Sequence record: DRR723986_1736
DNA: 34,713 nucleotides
Direction: 5' to 3' (one strand)
Numbering within the stretch: the stretch's first letter is position 1; the number at the start of each line of letters is the position of its first letter. Shown here one piece after another: positions 11,399 through 19,883 of this stretch. Position numbers and translations under genes: made by a program. Under the pieces are notes generated by a model. That model was not told the DNA's origin. It ran no database searches and saw nothing but the letters and a program-made list of their open reading frames with translations.

Positions 11399-12997
11399 AT
11401 GCGAGGATCGCCCGATCACAGCCGCCGCAGGCACCCAGGTAATGCAGGACGCCTTGCTGCACTTTCGATGATGCGCCCGGGGACACTGGTGTGCTGTGCC
11501 CTGCTGGTCCTTGCGGCGGCCTGTGCCAGCCCGCCCCAGCAGCCACTGATCAAACCACCGGATAGCTTTGCCCTGCCACCGGCAACGACCGGTGTGCTGG
11601 CGGAGATCGGCGCGCACATCCAACAAACCCATGGCGAGGAAAGCTCGGGCTTCCACCTGCTGGATGGCAGTCAGCCCGGGCTGGCCTGGCGCCTGGCGTT
11701 GATTGATTCCGCCACCACTTCCCTCGATATACAAACCTACCTCTGGTACGGCGACCATAGCGGCAGGCTGATCCTGGAGCGGGCTGTGCACGCAGCCGAG
11801 CGCGGTGTGCAGGTACGCCTCATTGTCGATGACCTGCTGCTCCAGGGCCAGGACCAGCTGATTGCCAACCTGGAGGCCAGGCCGAATATCGAGTTTCGCG
11901 TGTTCAACCCATGGACAAATCGAGACGGGCTGTTGTCCCGTGCCGGGGAAATGATTGCACGCATGGAACGACTCAATACCCGGATGCACGACAAGCTGAT
12001 GATTGCGGACAGCCGCGCGGCGGTTATTGGTGGCCGCAATATAGGCGACCACTATTTCGGTCTGAACAGCTTGTACAACTTTCACGATACCGACTTGCTC
12101 GGCTTTGGCCATGTTGCCCTGGAAGCCAACGACATGTTCGACCGCTTCTGGAACAGCGAGTGGGTGATCTCCGCACAGAATGTGAAGACCAAACCTGATG
12201 CCAAGCAGGCAGACATCGGCTGGACAAGGCTCAAGGCTTTGTCTGACATTGCGCCAGAGCTGGCAAGCTTTTCGCGCAAACCGAAGGACTGGCGTGAGGA
12301 ACTGAGCAGCCTTGCCGATGACCTGCGAATCGGGCGCAGCAAACTGGTCTTTGACGAAACCGATGCAGACCAGATCCAGCAGAATGTCATGTCCAGCATG
12401 TTCAACTTCTTCCAGCTGGCGGAGCGTGAACTGCTGATCATGAACGCCTATATCATACCCGCGCAGGCTGGAATCGATTTTCTGCAATCGCTCCAGGATC
12501 GGGGGGTGGACGTAAAAATCCTGACCAATTCGTTGGCGTCACACGACGTACCGGCGGTCAATAGCCACTACGAGCCCTGGCGGGATGACTTTATTAAGGC
12601 GGGCGTGGACCTGTATGAACTGCGCTCGGATCCCCAGATCAAGGCAACGATTGTCGATGTACCACCTGTCACCTCAGGTTTCACTGGCTTGCACAGCAAG
12701 GCCGCAGTCGCAGACCGGCGCTATGTCTTCGTGGGATCGATGAACCTGGACCCGCGCTCGGCGCAAATCAACACCGAAATGGGTGCCTTCGTCGACTCTC
12801 CGGAACTCGCGGCAGACCTGGCCGAGGTGATCGAGCGCAACATGCGTGGCGAAAACGCCTGGAGGGTACTGCTCGACGAGAACGACAAGCCATACTGGAT
12901 GAACAGTGATGAAACCCTGACCCGCCAGCCGGCCCGGGATGGCCTGCAGCGGGTAATGAATGTAATACTGAAGCTCGGCCCAAAAGACCAGTACTGA
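11399..12997 (+). CDS. Phospholipase D family lipoprotein (ClsC/YmdC-like)
   Basis: Two HKD motifs (RMHDKLMIAD...GGRNIG; LHSKAAVAD...GSMNLDPRS), LTNSLASHDV and lipobox-like LAAAC. The true start may be 11468 or 11471. Confidence 0.9.
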   Translation: MRGSPDHSRRRHPGNAGRLAALSMMRPGTLVCCALLVLAAACASPPQQPLIKPPDSFALPPATTGVLAEIGAHIQQTHGEESSGFHLLDGSQPGLAWRLALIDSATTSLDIQTYLWYGDHSGRLILERAVHAAERGVQVRLIVDDLLLQGQDQLIANLEARPNIEFRVFNPWTNRDGLLSRAGEMIARMERLNTRMHDKLMIADSRAAVIGGRNIGDHYFGLNSLYNFHDTDLLGFGHVALEANDMFDRFWNSEWVISAQNVKTKPDAKQADIGWTRLKALSDIAPELASFSRKPKDWREELSSLADDLRIGRSKLVFDETDADQIQQNVMSSMFNFFQLAERELLIMNAYIIPAQAGIDFLQSLQDRGVDVKILTNSLASHDVPAVNSHYEPWRDDFIKAGVDLYELRSDPQIKATIVDVPPVTSGFTGLHSKAAVADRRYVFVGSMNLDPRSAQINTEMGAFVDSPELAADLAEVIERNMRGENAWRVLLDENDKPYWMNSDETLTRQPARDGLQRVMNVILKLGPKDQY

Positions 12998-13001
12998 CCC
13001 A

Positions 13002-14240
13002 ATGGCAACTGTACTCTTGCCCGTTGCACCGGGGATGCGTTTCCTACTTGCACTAAGCTTGCTGGTGCTGGCGGCCTGTGGCACTCAACCCTACAGCCCC
13101 GCAACGGTAGCGGGCGCGTCCTTCCTTGACCGGGGGAGCAGCCAGCAGCATGAGCAGCTTACCGTGTTCGCCGCAGTTCCCACCGCTGATGAAACCCGCG
13201 CGCTCACCGGGCTGGACCTGTATCCACAGGGTATCCAGCCTGTCTGGCTGCAGGTGACCAACCGCGGGGATCGGCCGGCGCGCCTGTCCCTGTGGAGCAT
13301 CGACCGGGACTATTTTTCGCCGATCGAGGTCGCCTACATGAACCGCAAGGCGTTCTCAAAGGCCGGCTATGAGGCCATGGAAGGCTGGTTCCACCAGAAC
13401 GCACTGGATCGCCATGTACCGCCCGGGCAGACACGATCGGGTTTCATCTTTACCAACTACCGCCCGGGTACCAAGGCTTTCAACTTCGATATCTTTGCCA
13501 AGCAAACTGCCTACAGCTTTACCTTTTTCATTCCAATCCCGGGCTTCGACCCGGATTACATGGCGGTCGACTTTGCCGAAATGTATACGGAGCAGGAGCG
13601 CAGGGACCTTGATCGCGACGAATTTATTGAAGTAATCAGCAAGGAATTGCCCTGCTGTGCAGGCGGGCCCGGGGGGCAGGCAGACGGCTCGCCCTTCAAC
13701 CTGGTGATGGTCGGCCCCATCCGTCGGGCCCTGCTGCGGGGTCAGTGGCTGGAAACGGAAAAGACGGATCCGGCGACCGCAGCAGCGCGGGAAAATACGT
13801 TCAGGGGCAGGCCCCCAGATGGTATTTTTTTCAGGACACGCGCAGACGGCAACGAACGCATCGACCTCAGGGTTTGGCTAGCACCCTGGACCCTGAACGG
13901 CCAGCCGGTGTGGGTCGCGCAGACGGTCTATGGCACGGAAGACATCACCCAGCTGGTCAGCTTTTTTACCCCGCACAGCCCCGCGGCCGACCTTGATGGT
14001 GCGGTCCACTATGTGCTGCAGAATTTCTGGTACAACCAGTCTCTGACGAGCCTGGGTTATGTCGACGGCGTGCCAAAGGTAAATCGCGATAATCCTGCTA
14101 CCACCTTCAACGGCCATGAATACTTCACCGACGGGGCGAGACTGGTCGTCCTGCTATCCGATGATCCCGTGTCGCTGAGTAAGGCCCGGGTAGTCTTCAA
14201 CCCCCAGCGGCCAAAGGCGGGGGCTTTCAATGCGCACTAA
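13002..14240 (+). CDS. LssY C-terminal-domain-like lipoprotein (paralogue 1)
   Basis: Lipobox LVLAAC. Clear similarity to the next gene (IQPVW, FFIPIPG, LPCC, PFNLV, YFTDG). Alternative start 13035. Confidence 0.75.
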   Translation: MATVLLPVAPGMRFLLALSLLVLAACGTQPYSPATVAGASFLDRGSSQQHEQLTVFAAVPTADETRALTGLDLYPQGIQPVWLQVTNRGDRPARLSLWSIDRDYFSPIEVAYMNRKAFSKAGYEAMEGWFHQNALDRHVPPGQTRSGFIFTNYRPGTKAFNFDIFAKQTAYSFTFFIPIPGFDPDYMAVDFAEMYTEQERRDLDRDEFIEVISKELPCCAGGPGGQADGSPFNLVMVGPIRRALLRGQWLETEKTDPATAAARENTFRGRPPDGIFFRTRADGNERIDLRVWLAPWTLNGQPVWVAQTVYGTEDITQLVSFFTPHSPAADLDGAVHYVLQNFWYNQSLTSLGYVDGVPKVNRDNPATTFNGHEYFTDGARLVVLLSDDPVSLSKARVVFNPQRPKAGAFNAH

Positions 14241-15507
14241 ACGAAAGCCAGGTCACGTGGTCCGACTGCTGCTGTCAGCCCTGCTCATGCTGCATATGCG
14301 CGTCATGGCCGACAATAACGCCGTGTTCAACGGCGGCCAGGTTGCCCCACCGAACGACAGGATCCACGTGGAGGCCAAGGGCGACATCCGGGTCAGCACC
14401 GCAGTACCCAGCGCCGATGAGGCACGACAGATCTTTGGCAGAAACCTGTACTTCCGCAACATTCAGCCGGTCTGGGTGCAGGTAGAAAACCTCTCTGACA
14501 AGGATCTTTTCCTGACGCCCATGGGACTCGATACCGCGTACTACACGGCCCGTGAGGCGGCCTACAGAATCTGGGAACGCAAAACCAGTCGGCCACCCAA
14601 CGAGGACTACGAACAACGCGGATTCGAGAATCTCTACGTACCGCCGCGAAGCACCCAGTCCGGCTACATCTTCAGCCGGGTGGACGAAGGGACCAAATCT
14701 TTCAATGTCGACGTGGTGGGTAGTGGCGAACCCTACATGATGTCTTTCTTCGTGCCCGTACCCGGACTACGCATTGATCACTACGAGATTGATGTGAGCT
14801 CGCTGTATCGGGAAGACGAGATGCATGACGTGGATCTTGCCCAACTGGTTGCCGAACTCGAGCAACTGCCCTGCTGCGTTCGGGACAAGAAGGGCGTCGA
14901 CAAGGGCGACCCGCTTAACCTGGTATTCATTGGCGACAGGCTCGATCTGTACTATGCGTTCATGCGCGCAGGCTGGGATGAGACCGAGACGATTTACGGC
15001 AAGTCCCTGTGGAAGACCGGAATATCCGCGATCGCCGGCGGGGCTTACCGCTATTCGCCGGTCAGCGCCCTCTATGTCTTCGGCCGGCCCCAGGACGCCG
15101 CACTGCAGCGGGCCCGAAGCAGTATTCACGAGCGCAATCACCTGCGCCTGTGGATCACGCCAATGCGGCATGAGGGCAAACCGGTATGGATTGGGCAGAT
15201 CAGCCGCGACATCGGGGTGCACTTCACCTGGCGCACCATAACCACCCATAAGATTGACCCGGACGTGGATGAAACCCGTGAGTTCCTGCTTGAAGACCTC
15301 GCGTACTCGCAATCACTGCAGAAGTTCGGCTACATCGGCGGGGTCGGCCCTGCGAGCTACCAGTCGCCCCGGGGCAACCTTACAGGCGATCCTTACTTCA
15401 CCGACGGCCAGCGCGTCATTATGTGGCTCAGCGGCGACCAGACACCGCTGGACGCTATCGAAGTTATCGACCTGGCGCCCTACCTGACTGGAAACGTTGG
15501 CGACTGA
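14230..15507 (+). CDS. LssY C-terminal-domain exported protein (paralogue 2)
   Basis: GDPLNLVFIG, YSPVSALYVFGRPQD, ERNHLRLW, WIGQISRDIG, THKIDPDVDETR, YFTDG. Overlaps the upstream gene by 11 nt. Confidence 0.82.
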   Translation: MRTKRKPGHVVRLLLSALLMLHMRVMADNNAVFNGGQVAPPNDRIHVEAKGDIRVSTAVPSADEARQIFGRNLYFRNIQPVWVQVENLSDKDLFLTPMGLDTAYYTAREAAYRIWERKTSRPPNEDYEQRGFENLYVPPRSTQSGYIFSRVDEGTKSFNVDVVGSGEPYMMSFFVPVPGLRIDHYEIDVSSLYREDEMHDVDLAQLVAELEQLPCCVRDKKGVDKGDPLNLVFIGDRLDLYYAFMRAGWDETETIYGKSLWKTGISAIAGGAYRYSPVSALYVFGRPQDAALQRARSSIHERNHLRLWITPMRHEGKPVWIGQISRDIGVHFTWRTITTHKIDPDVDETREFLLEDLAYSQSLQKFGYIGGVGPASYQSPRGNLTGDPYFTDGQRVIMWLSGDQTPLDAIEVIDLAPYLTGNVGD

Positions 15508-15511
15508 GATG

Positions 15512-16309
15512 TCACCCACCTACCGGAGCATGCACAAATGCACCGGTTTTCAGGAAGTTCGTAGTCTGCTCGAGGGTCCGCTTGTTCCACATGATAAAGC
15601 TGTGGCCCGCGGCTACCAGCAGGAAGTCGACCATCCCGGGCACCACGGTTTCTGCCACCGAAACCGTGCCGTCACTCACCCCCGTGGGTGCACCGGGAAA
15701 AAACCCGCGGCGATTAACGGTACCGGCGATAACGCCCAGTTCAAAATCCACCGGACCCAGTGCCAGCGGCACCGACGCGCTGCCGGTGCCCAACTGCTCC
15801 AGCGCCACGGGCTCATAAAGTTCGGTCACCGGATTGGCGAGAAAGAAATCTGCCATATAGCTGCCCTGGTTCGGCGGCCCGAGCATCACCACCCTGCCCA
15901 GGCCATCGATGTGCCTGTTGGCCAGATACTGGCGTACCAGGATCCCGCCCAGGGAATGGGTGACAAAGTGGATTGTCTGAAAGCCCCGCTCCCGGCATTG
16001 GGCAAGACCTTGCGCGACGGCCATATCCGCCAGCTCCGGAATTGTATGGCTCAGCGACGGATAACTCACATTGACGGTGGCAAAGCCCTCGGCTTCCAGG
16101 TGCCACTCGACCGGCAGCATCGACAGGCCGCTGCGCCACAGCCCGTGGAGGAGCACGACGCAGTCCTGGTGCCGTACCAGCGGTCGCTGCGTATCGGCCA
16201 CAGCGGGCGGTGACGGGATGATCACCACCATCAGCAGAAGCGCGTTTAGCAGGCGGCGCGCGGACCACCCCCAGCCGGGAAAAGCTACCTGGATCACTGG
16301 CATCGTCAT
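15512..16309 (-). CDS. Exported alpha/beta hydrolase (lipase/esterase-like)
   Basis: VVLLHGLWR, FVTHSLGGIL, LGPPNQGS, SDGTVSV, GHSFIM and an N-terminal hydrophobic signal. Confidence 0.87.
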   Translation of the reverse strand: MTMPVIQVAFPGWGWSARRLLNALLLMVVIIPSPPAVADTQRPLVRHQDCVVLLHGLWRSGLSMLPVEWHLEAEGFATVNVSYPSLSHTIPELADMAVAQGLAQCRERGFQTIHFVTHSLGGILVRQYLANRHIDGLGRVVMLGPPNQGSYMADFFLANPVTELYEPVALEQLGTGSASVPLALGPVDFELGVIAGTVNRRGFFPGAPTGVSDGTVSVAETVVPGMVDFLLVAAGHSFIMWNKRTLEQTTNFLKTGAFVHAPVGG

Positions 16310-16489
16310 CTCATTATCAGCTGAGTTTCGTTACCCACCGCCAGAGAGGCGGACTCACGGTCATACGGGAACCACTATGGCCCGCCACCAGAGCGATGAG
16401 AGCGCAACAGTAATGCCACATCCGCACTTGAGCAAGCATCCCGTCTTGGTTAGTCTGGCTGCCTGTTTCTGACGTGAACCAGCTCCTGC

Positions 16490-17416
16490 ATGCACCTCCC
16501 GGCCGTCCTACCTCTCGCGCTGTTAACAGCACTGTCCTTGTCCGCCGCGAGCCTCGCGGAGGAAGCCAAGGGCCTGCCGTCGCCTACCTTTTCAGCAGAA
16601 GTCGCGGTAGGCGCAGAATACGACAGCAACGTGTCGGTTGAGGAAGTTGATCGCACCAGCGGGGAAAGCGATCACGCGCTGATTCTCGATCTGGAACTTG
16701 GGATGCAGCAGCAGTTTGGCGAACGAACCGATCTGTCACTGAGCTACGATTTCAGCCAGAGCAAATACGATGAGTTTTCCCAGGTTGATCGACAGACCCA
16801 TATCATCGGTGCCGACCTTGCAGTTGATGCCGGCGATTTGAATACCGGTATTTCCGCCTACTACATCGATGCCCGGCTCGATGGCGACGCCTTCCTCGAA
16901 CTCTGGCGGGTGTCTCCCTCCCTCTCCGGCTTCATTGCCCGTAAATGGTTTGCCAGAGGTGCTTACGTCTATTCAGACAAGACGATCGAGAACCGGCCAG
17001 GACGGGACGCGCAAACCAATGCGGGCGAAGCCGATCTGTATTTTTTCCGGCGCGGGCTGCGCAGCTATTTCAACGTGGGCTATCAGTTCAAGGATGAGGA
17101 CGCACAGGAAGCGCGCTACGATTACCGCTCGCACAACCTCAAGCTGCGCTACATCCATCGCCTCGATATTCTGGGCAAGCTATCCAAACTCGAGCTCTCC
17201 TGGCGCTTCGAGGACCGGGACTACCGGTCGGCCACGCCGAGCATCGGCGAAGCGCGTGACGACCGGAAGAATCGCTGGAAAGTAGATCTGGAGATACCAG
17301 TGACCGAGCAGGCCACCTTCCAGCTTTACGGGGGATATGCTGACTATGTATCGAATCTGTCAGCGGCTGATTATGACCAGACGGTCATCGGTACCCGCTT
17401 TGTTTACAGCTGGTAA
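16490..17416 (+). CDS. Outer-membrane beta-barrel protein (DUF560/Slam-barrel-like)
   Basis: Signal peptide, EYDSNV near the N-terminus, alternating amphipathic strands and a C-terminal beta-signal FVYSW. Confidence 0.75.
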   Translation: MHLPAVLPLALLTALSLSAASLAEEAKGLPSPTFSAEVAVGAEYDSNVSVEEVDRTSGESDHALILDLELGMQQQFGERTDLSLSYDFSQSKYDEFSQVDRQTHIIGADLAVDAGDLNTGISAYYIDARLDGDAFLELWRVSPSLSGFIARKWFARGAYVYSDKTIENRPGRDAQTNAGEADLYFFRRGLRSYFNVGYQFKDEDAQEARYDYRSHNLKLRYIHRLDILGKLSKLELSWRFEDRDYRSATPSIGEARDDRKNRWKVDLEIPVTEQATFQLYGGYADYVSNLSAADYDQTVIGTRFVYSW

Positions 17417-17425
17417 GAGCGATGC

Positions 17426-19276
17426 TCAGGGATTGAGCAGGCCGTATCCGTAAATCTCGTCACGCCCGGGTGGGCCAAGATCACGGGCCCCTGAGTACAG
17501 GGTCGCCAGTGCGTCTTCTTCCGGCGCCAGCTGGCGCAGACGGGCTGCCGCAGTAACGGCAAACGGTACCGCGAACGAGGTGCCGGAAGACGCCGCATAG
17601 CCGCCACCCGCCCTGGCGTGGCGCAAGTCAACCCCGGGGGCGGCTATATCGAGGTAAGATCCCCGATTCGCAAGCCGGAAAACCTGGCCGAGTTCATCTA
17701 CCGCGGTGACCGCCACCACGGAGTCATAGGCAGCCGGGAACATCGGCTTGGCCATCGGCCCGCCATTACCCGCAGCGGCCAACACCATCACATCCTGCTT
17801 GGCAACACGCGCCAGCGCGGCCTCGAGCAGGCGATTGGGGGGGCCCGCGAGGCTGATATTGACTGCATCCACACCCGAGGAAATCAACCAGTCGAGCGCT
17901 CGCACCAGGCTGACCGTGCTGGCAATCTCGCCCTGCTCACCGTCTTTTTCAAACACGGAAGCAGCGTAGAGTTCGGCATCGGGCGCAAGACCCAGGAAGC
18001 CACTGTCATTGGCGGCAATGATCGAGGCGATGGCTGTGCCGTGAAACAGCGGCTGCTCAGCGCCCTCGCTGACGAAGGATCGGTTCTCGATTTTCGCCCT
18101 GCGCAGCGCCGGGTGTGAGCGGTCAACACTGCTGTCAATCATGCCGATCTTCAGGGCCAGCTGCCCCGTATCGTCGGGGAAATGAATCGCATCACGCGGG
18201 CTGACGCCCCCCTCACTGGTGGTGCTATCCGGCGTGCCGGCAGTGTAGATATGGTTGAGGTCCACCTCGGCACGACCACTGCCGACTACGTCAAAGACGC
18301 CTTCACGCGCCGTTGAAATATCAAAACTGGCCGGTGCGGCTACTTCCGCCAGGCGCATACCCATACCGGGCAGATCGGTGATGGTGTCGAAGATATAGCC
18401 TTCCTCGGCCAGCTCTTCAAACACCTCGGGTTCGGCCATGACCAGCCACTGCCCACGGTGAATGCGCTTCTCGTCGACATCGAAGTTGCTCTCGATATCC
18501 TGGATGAGTTCGTCGATCTCGCCTTCCAGGCGCTCTTCAACCGCTTCCGCCGCCGCTATTTCGGCCACTGCCTCGACACCGGCTTCGATTTCTTGCTCAA
18601 CACTGCTGGCCACGGATTCCTCGACGTCCTGCTCGAGATTCTCCTCTACGGCTTCGGCAACGCTTTCCTCTACTTCGGTTTCAACCACATCTTCAACCGA
18701 ATCCTGGACCGCATCCTCGACGTTAGCGGCGATGGATTCCTCGATACTGTCCTCGATGTCTTCACCGATTTCTTCTTCGACGGTCTCCGCTACTGCCTCT
18801 TCTACATCGGCCTCAATAGCATCTTCAAGCGACTCGGTCAGTTCATCTTCCAGCGACTGCTCAACCTCTTGCTCGATGTCTTCTTCGACCTTGTCCTCGA
18901 CCTTGGCTGCCACGAAGCCGCCAAGCGTCAGCTGGGCCTCTTCCTCTACCCGCTCTTCAACCTCATCGACAACAGCATCGACTACCTGCTCCTCGATCAC
19001 ATCCTCAACCGACTCGGCGACACTATCCTCCACTACATCTTCCACCGACTCTTCAACTGATTCCTCGACGGTTTCTTCGACCTTGGCTGCGACGAATCCG
19101 CCGAGCGTCAGTTCCTGGGCAGTGACCACCTGGCTGGCCAGCAGCCCAAGGTATAACGCCAGAGCGCACACAAACCCTGCCAGCACCCTGATAGCAGGGG
19201 GCATCACAGCAGCAGCGGATTGTCCGGGAGTGTTGATCATGGGCGTATGCAGGCTCGCGTGAACGCGTGTACTCAT
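17426..19276 (-). CDS. S8 (subtilisin-like) serine peptidase with N-terminal TM/signal and a long acidic repeat region
   Basis: Triad motifs IGMIDSS, FHGTAIAS and SGTSFAVP, oxyanion AAAGNGG, and C-terminal DLGPPGRDEIYGYG. Confidence 0.92.
   Translation of the reverse strand: MSTRVHASLHTPMINTPGQSAAAVMPPAIRVLAGFVCALALYLGLLASQVVTAQELTLGGFVAAKVEETVEESVEESVEDVVEDSVAESVEDVIEEQVVDAVVDEVEERVEEEAQLTLGGFVAAKVEDKVEEDIEQEVEQSLEDELTESLEDAIEADVEEAVAETVEEEIGEDIEDSIEESIAANVEDAVQDSVEDVVETEVEESVAEAVEENLEQDVEESVASSVEQEIEAGVEAVAEIAAAEAVEERLEGEIDELIQDIESNFDVDEKRIHRGQWLVMAEPEVFEELAEEGYIFDTITDLPGMGMRLAEVAAPASFDISTAREGVFDVVGSGRAEVDLNHIYTAGTPDSTTSEGGVSPRDAIHFPDDTGQLALKIGMIDSSVDRSHPALRRAKIENRSFVSEGAEQPLFHGTAIASIIAANDSGFLGLAPDAELYAASVFEKDGEQGEIASTVSLVRALDWLISSGVDAVNISLAGPPNRLLEAALARVAKQDVMVLAAAGNGGPMAKPMFPAAYDSVVAVTAVDELGQVFRLANRGSYLDIAAPGVDLRHARAGGGYAASSGTSFAVPFAVTAAARLRQLAPEEDALATLYSGARDLGPPGRDEIYGYGLLNP
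18897..19111 (-). repeat. Intragenic direct repeat, two ~35-nt copies 180 nt apart (LTLGGFVAAKVE)
   Basis: 18897-18931 and 19077-19111 differ only at synonymous positions. Confidence 0.8.
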
Positions 19277-19282
19277 ATTAAA

Positions 19283-19307
19283 GACGAATCGCCGGAAGAT
19301 ATATTCC
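19283..19307 (-). promoter_or_regulatory. Putative ECF-sigma promoter for the S8 peptidase
   Basis: Minus strand GGAATA-TATCTTCCGGCGATT(15)-CGTC, ending 6 nt before the ATG at 19276. Confidence 0.65.
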
Positions 19308-19314
19308 CCTATAT

Positions 19315-19340
19315 GGAATAAAATCCGGCGCTCACTCGTC
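19315..19340 (+). promoter_or_regulatory. Putative autoregulatory ECF-sigma promoter
   Basis: GGAATA-AAATCCGGCGCTCACT(16)-CGTC, 21 nt before the sigma ATG. Confidence 0.7.
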
Positions 19341-19361
19341 CTAGATTCTAACAGATATCCA

Positions 19362-19862
19362 ATGTCAACGCTCTCGAATGCACAGCGACAGGCCCTGTTG
19401 GCCGATTTGGGTGGTCTGCGCCGCTTCTGCCTGTCCCTGACAGGACAGCCTGCGGATGCCGACGACCTGCTGCAGGCTACCGTTGAGCGGCTGTTGGAGA
19501 AAGGGATGCCCGACGATGCGCATGTCGCAAAGTGGGCATACCGGGTCTGCAGAAACGTCTGGATCGATGAAATACGCTCCAGGGATGTTCGCCAGAGATA
19601 CGCGCAAGGTGCTGATTTTCAAGAAGAATTCAGTCATTCAGCGGAACAGGTGGCGGATGGGGAACTGCAGATCGCAAGGCTGTCGCGGGCAATGGACACC
19701 CTGCCCGACGAACAACGTCTTGCGCTGACGCTGGTCACGGTGGAGGGGAAATCCTACGCCGAAGCAGCAGAGATACTGGAGGTGCCTGTGGGGACGATCA
19801 TGAGCAGAATTGCCCGGGCACGAAAAAACTTGTTGGAAATCAAGGGCCTGGCAGACAGCTAA
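19362..19862 (+). CDS. ECF-type RNA polymerase sigma-70 factor (PrtI/ECF26-like)
   Basis: Region 2 LRRFCLSLTGQPADADDLLQ...RNVWID and region 4 SYAEAAEILEVPVGTIMSRIARAR; 166 aa. Confidence 0.93.
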   Translation: MSTLSNAQRQALLADLGGLRRFCLSLTGQPADADDLLQATVERLLEKGMPDDAHVAKWAYRVCRNVWIDEIRSRDVRQRYAQGADFQEEFSHSAEQVADGELQIARLSRAMDTLPDEQRLALTLVTVEGKSYAEAAEILEVPVGTIMSRIARARKNLLEIKGLADS

Positions 19863-19883
19863 AGGGCCTGAGGACAGGATCAG

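Noticed and set aside
16321-16489. ECF promoter upstream of the outer-membrane barrel gene
   Set aside because: GGAACC (about 16368) and CGTC (about 16442) are present but not at 15-17-nt spacing, so direct control by the ECF sigma is unsupported.
18458-19262. Ser/Thr-rich 266-aa and Leu/Phe-rich 200-aa plus-strand ORFs
   Set aside because: They are antisense shadows of the Glu/Val-rich repeat of the S8 protease; their composition is fully explained by the opposite strand.
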